Below, in pieces: positions 57,116 through 64,000 of a stretch of 64,000 nt of DNA; positions within the stretch are counted from its first letter, which is position 1; every line of letters starts with the position of its first letter. A model generated the notes under the pieces. The model saw only the letters and a program-made list of their open reading frames with translations. It was not told where the DNA came from and ran no database searches. Made by a program: the position numbers and the translations under genes. Source of the stretch: Chloroflexota bacterium (GTDB lineage: Bacteria; Chloroflexota; UBA11872; VXOZ01); NCBI GenBank assembly GCA_963663275.1, contig OY760183.1:512001-576000 (forward strand), read 5' to 3'.

Positions 57116-58249
57116 ATGGCACGGCACGCGCGGCGGCTGGGCGCAACACTTCTCTTGGGTCTCAGCGTCTTGCTGGGCGGCGCATGCGCGGTGGAATACG
57201 TGCCGGACGCCCAAGGCACGCCGCGGGCCGTGCTCCGGGTTCCCAGCACGCCGGCGCCGGCCGGCCTGCCGGCCGCCGGCATGACGCTCACGCCCACCCC
57301 GACGCCGGCGCTGCGGCGCTTGACCGAACCCGGCTGTTGCAGCGGCGTCGGGTGGTCCGCCGACGGGACGCGGGTGCTCTACGTGGATAAGCCGGATGGA
57401 CGCCCGGCGGCGCTATGGGGCGTTGCCGCCGCCACGGGAGAGCAAGCGCCGTACAGCGCGGTGGTTGGCGCGCTCCAATTCGCCGACCGGTACGTGATCG
57501 CGCGGCAACCGTCCTCGGCGCAAAGCGTCACCGTCCACGACCGGGAGACGGAAGCGCGTTTGGACGTGTGGGGCGTCGGCGGTTTTCCGCTGGTTTCGCC
57601 GGACGGCGCCCGCATCGCCTACACCGCGCACGTTGCCTGGCAGCCGGTCGCCTTCAGCCGCCGCCTGGCCCCGATCATGGTGGCGGCGCTGGACGGCGCC
57701 GAGCCGCGCCAACTGGTGACGCTCTACGGCGGCGGCGTTGTGGAATGGTTCCCGGATTCGTCACGGCTGCTGCTGTTCGGCAGGCAGGATCCCTACACTG
57801 AGCGCCCGTCGCTTTGGGAAATGGACGCGGCAACCGGCGCGCTGGAGCATCTGGCCGCCGCCGCGCGCCTGCGCAACATCTCGCTTTCGCCCGATGGCGC
57901 GTGGGTGGTGTTTCTCGCGCTGTTCGAGCAAGACCCGTATCGCAACACCACTTGGGCGCTGCACGTGGACACGGGCGCGCAACGGCGGCTGAATTTCGCG
58001 GGTACGTACGGCTGGGTCGGCGGTGAGCCCGCCACGCTCATCTACGTGCCGCCGCGCCGCACACCGGACGAAGGCTTCAGCGTGTGGAAGCTGGACGTGG
58101 CTACCGGCGAACGCGCCCGCCTTACCGACCCGGCCCAGACGCCGCTCTTCATCGCCAACGGCGATTGGGCGCTGTCCCCGGACGGCACGCGCGTAGCGTT
58201 CGTCTCGGCTGAGGACTACGCCATCTGGCTGCTGGAGATGAATCCATAG
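57116..58249 (+). CDS. TolB-like beta-propeller lipoprotein
   Basis: Lipobox GGAC; repeated WSADG/SPDG/FPDS blades. Confidence 0.82.
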   Translation: MARHARRLGATLLLGLSVLLGGACAVEYVPDAQGTPRAVLRVPSTPAPAGLPAAGMTLTPTPTPALRRLTEPGCCSGVGWSADGTRVLYVDKPDGRPAALWGVAAATGEQAPYSAVVGALQFADRYVIARQPSSAQSVTVHDRETEARLDVWGVGGFPLVSPDGARIAYTAHVAWQPVAFSRRLAPIMVAALDGAEPRQLVTLYGGGVVEWFPDSSRLLLFGRQDPYTERPSLWEMDAATGALEHLAAAARLRNISLSPDGAWVVFLALFEQDPYRNTTWALHVDTGAQRRLNFAGTYGWVGGEPATLIYVPPRRTPDEGFSVWKLDVATGERARLTDPAQTPLFIANGDWALSPDGTRVAFVSAEDYAIWLLEMNP

Positions 58250-58481
58250 TTAGCCAAACGCTGCCGCATCAACCGCAGTCGTGGCAACAAGGACGTAGGA
58301 GCACGACCATGACGGGGTAGGGGCACGACGTGTCGTGCCCCTACCCCGTCATGGTAGAGTCGCATCAACGTAGCGCGGGGGCTTGTCCCCCGCCTCGTTG
58401 GCACGCCTATGCGCGGGCGGCCTCGCCTGACCGGAAAATTCGAGGAACGCTGCCGCGAATTCACTGAATGCCACGGGTTAT

Positions 58482-58934
58482 ATGCGCGTATTCACCCTTG
58501 AAACGACTCTCTGGCTGCCGCAGCCGGCAGACCGCGTATTCTCCTTCTTCGCGGACGCGGCCAACCTGGAGACCCTCACGCCGCCCTGGCTGCGCTTCCG
58601 CATTCTCACGCCCTTGCCAATCGCCATGGCCGCCGGCGCCCGCCTCGACTACCGCCTGCGCTACCGCGGCTTTCCCCTGCGCTGGCGCACCGAGATTCTG
58701 ACCTGGGAGCCGCCGCACCGGTTCGTGGACAGCCAGATCAAAGGTCCTTACCGCCGCTGGGTGCACGAGCACACCTTCGCGGAGCGGGATGGCGGCACCC
58801 TGGCAACGGACAACGTGGAGTACGCCCTGCTGGGCGGCGCGCTCACCAACGCCCTCCTCATCGGCCGCGACGTGGAGCGCATCTTCGCCTACCGGCGGCA
58901 ACGGCTCCTGGACGTCTTTGGTGAAGCGCCCTGA
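58482..58934 (+). CDS. SRPBCC family protein
   Basis: VFSFFADAANLETLTPPW, WRTEI and FVDSQIKGPYRRWVHEHTF. Confidence 0.88.
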   Translation: MRVFTLETTLWLPQPADRVFSFFADAANLETLTPPWLRFRILTPLPIAMAAGARLDYRLRYRGFPLRWRTEILTWEPPHRFVDSQIKGPYRRWVHEHTFAERDGGTLATDNVEYALLGGALTNALLIGRDVERIFAYRRQRLLDVFGEAP

Positions 58935-58974
58935 CAGCGGCTTAACAGCGGCTTAACAGCGCCCTAACAACACC

Positions 58975-60414
58975 CTAGATGTTGTGAATATCCTGCCACT
59001 CGGTGTGGAACGCGCCGTCTTTGTCCACGCGCTGGTACGTGTGCGCGCCGAAGTAGTCGCGCTGGGCCTGCACAAGATTGGCGGGTAAACGCGCCGTGCG
59101 GTAGCCCTCGATGTAGTTCAGCGCGGCGCTCATGGCCGGGATGGGCAGGCCCTGGGAGACGGCCGCCGCCACGATGCGGCGCAGGCCCGGCGCGCGCTGC
59201 CGCACGTCGGTGGCGAACGGTTCCGCCAGCATCAGATTGGGCAGCGCCGGATCAGCCGCGAACGCCTGCTTGATTGGCTCCAGCAGCAGCGAGCGGATGA
59301 TGCAGCCGCCTTTCCAGATGCGCGCAACGGTGGCGAAGTCCAGATTGTAGTTCCGTTCGGCGGATGCCGCCGTGAGCAGATGCATGCCCTGCGCGTAAGC
59401 GGAAACCGCGGAAAGATACACGGCGTCTTGCAAGGCGGGCAGCAATTCTTCCCGTGAACCGTCGAAGCGCGGCGACGCGCCGTGCAGGATGCCGTCGGCT
59501 TGCTCGCGGATTTCCTTGAAACTGGAGAGTATCCGCGCTTCGGTAGCGGCGGTGATGGTGGGAATGGGGATGCCGTGGTCCAGCGCGCTCTGGGAGGTCC
59601 ACTTGCCCGTGCCCTTCTGCGCCGCGCTGTCCTGGATGATATCGACCACGAACTTGTCGGTATCCGGGTCTTTGCGCGTCAGGATGTCGGCGGTGATCTC
59701 CACCAGGAACGATTGCAGTTCCCCGGCGTTCCATCCGGCAACCACTTCCTGGATTTCCGGCACGGTCATGCCCAGGCCGCGCCGCATCAGGTCGAAGGCC
59801 TCGGCCAGCACCTGCATGATGCCGTACTCGATGCCGTTGTGCACCATCTTGACGTAGTGCCCCGCCGAGCCCGGGCCCAGGTAGGCGCAGCAGGGGCCGT
59901 CGTCCACCTGCGCCGCGATCTTGGTGAAGATCGGCTCCACCGCGGCATAGGCCGCCTCGGTGCCGCCGGGCATGATGGAAGGCCCGTGCAGTGCGCCGTA
60001 CTCGCCGCCGCTCACGCCGGTGCCGATGTAGCCCCGTCCCTCCGCCTCCACGTGGGCGGCACGCCGTTCGGTATCGTCGTAGAACGAATTGCCGCCGTCG
60101 ATGATGAGGTCGCCGGGGTCGAGCAGCGGCAGCAAGGCGTCGATCACCGCGTCCGTACCCGCGCCGGCCTGCACCATGAGCATCGCCTTGCGCGGCGGCT
60201 TCAGCGCCGCCACGAAATCCTCCAGCGTCAGCGCGCCCACCACGTTCTTGCCGTGCGCCCGCTCTTCCATGAAGGCCTCCGTGCGCGAGGTCGTCCGGTT
60301 GAAGACGGCCACGGTGAAGCCTTTGCTCTCGATGTTCAAGGCCAGGTTCTGCCCCATCACCGCCATGCCAATGACACCGATGTCCGCGCTGGCGTCCGCT
60401 TGTTGTTCAGCCAT
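58975..60414 (-). CDS. gndA: NADP-dependent 6-phosphogluconate dehydrogenase
   Basis: GMAVMGQNLALN, IIDGGN, VKMVHNGIEY, QKGTGKW and QAQRDYFGAHTY. Confidence 0.97.
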   Translation of the reverse strand: MAEQQADASADIGVIGMAVMGQNLALNIESKGFTVAVFNRTTSRTEAFMEERAHGKNVVGALTLEDFVAALKPPRKAMLMVQAGAGTDAVIDALLPLLDPGDLIIDGGNSFYDDTERRAAHVEAEGRGYIGTGVSGGEYGALHGPSIMPGGTEAAYAAVEPIFTKIAAQVDDGPCCAYLGPGSAGHYVKMVHNGIEYGIMQVLAEAFDLMRRGLGMTVPEIQEVVAGWNAGELQSFLVEITADILTRKDPDTDKFVVDIIQDSAAQKGTGKWTSQSALDHGIPIPTITAATEARILSSFKEIREQADGILHGASPRFDGSREELLPALQDAVYLSAVSAYAQGMHLLTAASAERNYNLDFATVARIWKGGCIIRSLLLEPIKQAFAADPALPNLMLAEPFATDVRQRAPGLRRIVAAAVSQGLPIPAMSAALNYIEGYRTARLPANLVQAQRDYFGAHTYQRVDKDGAFHTEWQDIHNI

Positions 60415-60763
60415 GTTGCTTTTCCTTTTCCCCTTTGCATGAGCGCGTCAATGGCGCCCTGTTCCTAGCGTTACCTGGAGAGGAACGCGCAATGGCAGCC
60501 GCCACCGCCGGCGGCCCGCGCTGTTCCTGCGCTTGATTGTAGCAGGTAGTTCGGGAATTTGGTTGCGCCTGCCGCCGGCCGGTAGGCCCGTGCCCGAGGT
60601 GGGCCGCGTCCCCACGCTGCCGAGGGAGCGCCGGACGCCGCGCGACGGGCAAGAACCGCCAAGTAGACAAAACGCCGCCTATTTGGTCAAATAGGTACAG
60701 CCCGGCATGGGCAGCCTGAACAGCCTGCCGCCAGTCCCCAAAGCGAGGAACCCGCGCCCACCC

Positions 60764-61654
60764 ATGCGACTGAGCCAACAAACAGCCATCGTCACCGGCG
60801 CCGCGCACAACATCGGCCGCGCCATCGCAAGGCGTTTCGCCGCCGAGGGCGCGCGCGTCCTGATTGCCGACATCCAAGACGAAGCCGGCGAGGCGGTGGC
60901 GGCGTCGATCCGCCAGAGCGGCGGTGAGGCGTCCTTCTTCCATGCCGACGTGGGCACGCTGGACGGCAATCGCGGCATGGTGGAGGCGGCCGTCGAAAGA
61001 TACGGCGGCGTCACCATTCTGGTAAACAACGCGCATTGGGAACGGCGCGGTTCGATTGAAGAACTGAGCGAGGAAGACTGGGACGCCAGCTTTGCCGTGC
61101 TGCTCAAAGCGCCGTTTCTGGCGAGCAAGTACGCCGTGCCCCACATGCGCGCGGCGGGCGGCGGCGCGATTCTCAACCTTAGCTCGGTGCACGGCTTCCA
61201 GGTAAGCCCCGGCTACCCCACGTACGAGACCGCCAAGGCAGCGCTCATCCAGCTTACCAAGCAGATGGCGCTTGACTTGGGCGCGGACGGCATCCGCGTC
61301 AACGCGATCGCCCCGGGCGCCATTCCGTCTGACGAGATGCGGGAAGAGAACGCCGGCGATCCGACCTGGCGCGAGCGCAACATTCTCTGGAACATCCTGC
61401 CCACCGTTGGGCGCGCCGAGGACATCGCGCAGGGGGCGCTCTATCTCTGCTCGGCGGAGGCGCGATTCGTTACCGGCCACACCTTGCTCATAGACGGCGG
61501 CTTCCTGCTCGGCTTCAAGGGCCTGGGCGGCACGCGCGCGCAAGAGTTTCTGCAACGCCATCCGGAACTCATGGACTACGACCTCTCCCGTCCGCTGGGG
61601 CCGGGGGCGGTTGACAAAACGCCTAAAGCACAGAGCGGCGATGCCGCGGAGTAG
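60764..61654 (+). CDS. SDR family oxidoreductase
   Basis: TGAAHNIG, LVNNA, YETAK (YxxxK) and IRVNAIAPG. Confidence 0.92.
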   Translation: MRLSQQTAIVTGAAHNIGRAIARRFAAEGARVLIADIQDEAGEAVAASIRQSGGEASFFHADVGTLDGNRGMVEAAVERYGGVTILVNNAHWERRGSIEELSEEDWDASFAVLLKAPFLASKYAVPHMRAAGGGAILNLSSVHGFQVSPGYPTYETAKAALIQLTKQMALDLGADGIRVNAIAPGAIPSDEMREENAGDPTWRERNILWNILPTVGRAEDIAQGALYLCSAEARFVTGHTLLIDGGFLLGFKGLGGTRAQEFLQRHPELMDYDLSRPLGPGAVDKTPKAQSGDAAE

Positions 61655-61744
61655 CCCGCCGCGCGGTTGCGCTGATACCCGCGTGCCGACGCGCGCGCTT
61701 TCGCTGTCTTCGATAAAGCCGGCGCAGAGAAAGGACGCTTGCGC

Positions 61745-62557
61745 ATGAATACCGACGCCAGTCCCGTGCTGATTGCCGACGGCTTTGGCTTTCCCGAAGG
61801 CCCTTCATTCGACCGCGACGGCAATCTCTACGTCATGGAGTGCGACGCCGGGCGCATCAGCAAAGTAACCCAGGATGGGCACGTGGAAATCTTTGCCGAG
61901 ACCGGCGGCGTGCCGTGCGGCTCGCGCCTGCGCCAGGACGGCCACCTGATCGTGGCGGAGAACGGCCTGGCGCAAATCCTCGACCTTGCCCCGGACGGCA
62001 CGTGGTCGGTGGTGGCGGAGTCGTTCAACAACAAGCCCTTTCGCGGCCCCAACGACCTCATTCTCGATAGCTGCGGCAACTGCTACTTCACCGATCCCAA
62101 AGGCTCCACCCTGGAGAAGCCGGTGGGGCGCGTCTTCCGCGTGGGCGCGGACGGCGCGATTTCGGTCTTTGCCGTGGGCCTGGCCTTCCCCAACGGCATC
62201 TGCCTCTCCGCCGATGAAACGACGCTCTACGTGGCGGAGACCTTCACCCGCCGCATCCACGCCTTTTCGCTAAAGCCGGACGGCAGCGCCAACCAGCGCA
62301 GCCTCTTCGCCCAGATGGAAGGCGGCGTGGGGCCCGACGGCATGGACTTTGGCGCGGACGGCAACCTCTACGTCGCCCACTACGGCAAAGGCGCGATAGC
62401 CGTGATTGCGCCCACCGGCGAGGTGATTGCGGAACTGCCGACGCCCGGCAAGAATCCCACCAACGTGGCCTTCTGGGAAGACTCGCTCTACGTGACGGAA
62501 ACCGAGACCGGCGCGGTCTACCGGCTGGACGTCGGCGTGGCCGGCCAGCCGCTCTAG
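61745..62557 (+). CDS. SMP-30/gluconolactonase family protein
   Basis: FPEGP, GPNDL, FPNGI, GPDGM and PTNVAF. Confidence 0.92.
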   Translation: MNTDASPVLIADGFGFPEGPSFDRDGNLYVMECDAGRISKVTQDGHVEIFAETGGVPCGSRLRQDGHLIVAENGLAQILDLAPDGTWSVVAESFNNKPFRGPNDLILDSCGNCYFTDPKGSTLEKPVGRVFRVGADGAISVFAVGLAFPNGICLSADETTLYVAETFTRRIHAFSLKPDGSANQRSLFAQMEGGVGPDGMDFGADGNLYVAHYGKGAIAVIAPTGEVIAELPTPGKNPTNVAFWEDSLYVTETETGAVYRLDVGVAGQPL

Positions 62558-62576
62558 GGCCGCGCCAGGCAGACTC

Positions 62577-63791
62577 ATGACCCGCAAGCAACTCGACGCC
62601 GCCTTCATCGGCGGGCCGCAGTACGACACGCTCTACGAGCGCCTGCCGCAATTCGAGCGCGAGACCGGCTACACGGTCAACGTGCGTGAGCAACTGCCGC
62701 ATCCGGCCTTGAACGCGCACATAGACGAGGTGTACGGCGGCGGCGCGGCCCGCTACGACGTTATTTCAACGCACGTCAAGTACGCCCCGGCGCAACAAGC
62801 GTGGCTGCTGCCGCTCGATGCGCACTTCTCCGAGGCCGAGCTTGCGGATTACTCGCCCGCGTTGCTCAAGCTCGCGCGGGTCGAGGGCGCGCTGCTGCAA
62901 GTCCCGCGCAACGTGGACGCCCGCCTGCTCTTCTACCGCCGCGACCTGCTGGAAGACCCGGCGGAACAGGAGCGCTTTCAGCGCCAGTACGGCCGGCCGC
63001 TGCTCGTACCGCGGACGTGGGACGAGTTGCGGGACGTCGCCACGTTCTTCACCCGTCCACCGGACCTTTTTGGCTTTGCCTTTCCCGGCCATTCGTCGGG
63101 CTTGTTCGGCACGTTCTTCGAGTTGGCGGCGATGGCGGGCGGTGTTCTGTTCGACGAGCGGCTCGAACCCGCTTTCAATACGTCCGCCGGCCGGTGGGCG
63201 CTGGGTTTCCTGGCCGACCTCTACCAGCAGGGCCTCACGCCGCGCGACCTGGCGGCAACCTATTTCGACGAAGTCTCGCAACTCTTCCGCGACGGCAAGT
63301 GCGCCCTGGCCGCCGATTGGCCCGCCTACTACGGCCTGCTGATCGACCCGCACACCAGCGCGGTGGCGGACACATTCGGCGCGGCGCTCTATCCGCTGGG
63401 GCCGGTCGGCGCGCGCGCCGTCTACGCGGGCGGCCACTCGTTTGCCGTTCCCGCGTCGGTGAAGGATCTGGCGGGCGCGCTGGCGTTGGTGCGCTTCCTC
63501 ACCTCTCCGGAGAGCCAATACCTGGAGGCGCGGCACGGGGCAATCGTCCCGCGAAGCGCGGTGATGGCGCGCCTCCGCAACGAAACGCCTCCCGACACCG
63601 TGCACGCGCAGCGCCTGGCGCTTCTGGAAGAGACTATCCAAAACCACATGCTGACCTTTCCGCAGTTCGGCGCGTACCCGCGAGTGGAGGAAGTCTGCGC
63701 CGAGACGCTGCAAGCCGCGATTCGGGGTCAGGTGATGCTGCCCCGGGCGCTGGAGTACATGGAGGAGCAAACGCGCGCGCTGCTGGCGTGA
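62577..63791 (+). CDS. Sugar-type ABC solute-binding protein homolog without a signal peptide
   Basis: FERETG, YDVI, VPRNVDARLLFYRRDL, PRTWDEL and GGHSFAVP; no hydrophobic N-terminus. Confidence 0.82.
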   Translation: MTRKQLDAAFIGGPQYDTLYERLPQFERETGYTVNVREQLPHPALNAHIDEVYGGGAARYDVISTHVKYAPAQQAWLLPLDAHFSEAELADYSPALLKLARVEGALLQVPRNVDARLLFYRRDLLEDPAEQERFQRQYGRPLLVPRTWDELRDVATFFTRPPDLFGFAFPGHSSGLFGTFFELAAMAGGVLFDERLEPAFNTSAGRWALGFLADLYQQGLTPRDLAATYFDEVSQLFRDGKCALAADWPAYYGLLIDPHTSAVADTFGAALYPLGPVGARAVYAGGHSFAVPASVKDLAGALALVRFLTSPESQYLEARHGAIVPRSAVMARLRNETPPDTVHAQRLALLEETIQNHMLTFPQFGAYPRVEEVCAETLQAAIRGQVMLPRALEYMEEQTRALLA

Positions 63792-63925
63792 GACCGCGGT
63801 GGGCGTGGTATCATACTTGCGCAATGAAGAGTGCGCAGAAGGCCGTTTTGGCACGGTGTGTCATTCCGACATAGCGCGTTATTCCGGTGTCACTGATCGT
63901 TTGCTGTCATTCTCGTTGCCTTACC

Positions 63926-63996
63926 GTCATTCCGGCGCAAGCCGGAATCCAGGGCGCGCGCGGCAAAGATGGATTCCGGCTTGCGCCGGAATGACG
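63926..63996. repeat. CGTC-type palindrome GTCATTCCGGCGCAAGCCGGAATCC ... GGATTCCGGCTTGCGCCGGAATGAC
   Basis: Inverted pair; the same unit forms the interior of MITE-A. Confidence 0.85.
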
Positions 63997-64000
63997 GAGC

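Noticed and set aside
58935-58978. 11-bp tandem repeat (CAGCGGCTTAA) between SRPBCC and gnd
   Set aside because: Short and degenerate, between convergent genes; most likely slippage.

Overview
High-GC bacterial chromosomal segment. The lineage is inferred, not shown: probably an uncultured Chloroflexota-like organism, from the Tat-lipoprotein solute-binding proteins, gatCAB and the absence of outer-membrane genes. Housekeeping genes are gatC-gatA-aminotransferase-gatB-gdh, uvrC, pyrF, rplJ-rplL with an L10-type leader, and gnd. They alternate with catabolic and unknown enzymes (deacetylase folds, DegT aminotransferase, C45 peptidase, amidohydrolase, two sulfatases, MDR/SDR, lactonase, orphan ABC binding proteins) and several lower-GC inserts. 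Main points of interest: (1) a dop - small GGE-ending modifier - pafA conjugation operon with UBact-clade-like enzymes, a Pup-type C-terminus and no adjacent proteasome or ATPase genes; (2) a proteasome-beta-like Ntn hydrolase coupled to a small basic ORF in a low-GC insert; (3) a QueF homolog whose catalytic Cys is replaced by Asp; (4) palindromic repeats hosting two nested MITE families and an intact IS481, all with 5-bp target duplications; (5) 18-bp tandem units carrying CGTC-NNA-GACG mini-hairpins inserted in frame in unrelated genes; (6) a PIN toxin with an unusually large upstream partner, next to an internally deleted restriction-modification remnant. No rRNA, tRNA or CRISPR array was recognised. 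All family calls come from motif recognition; no database search was run.
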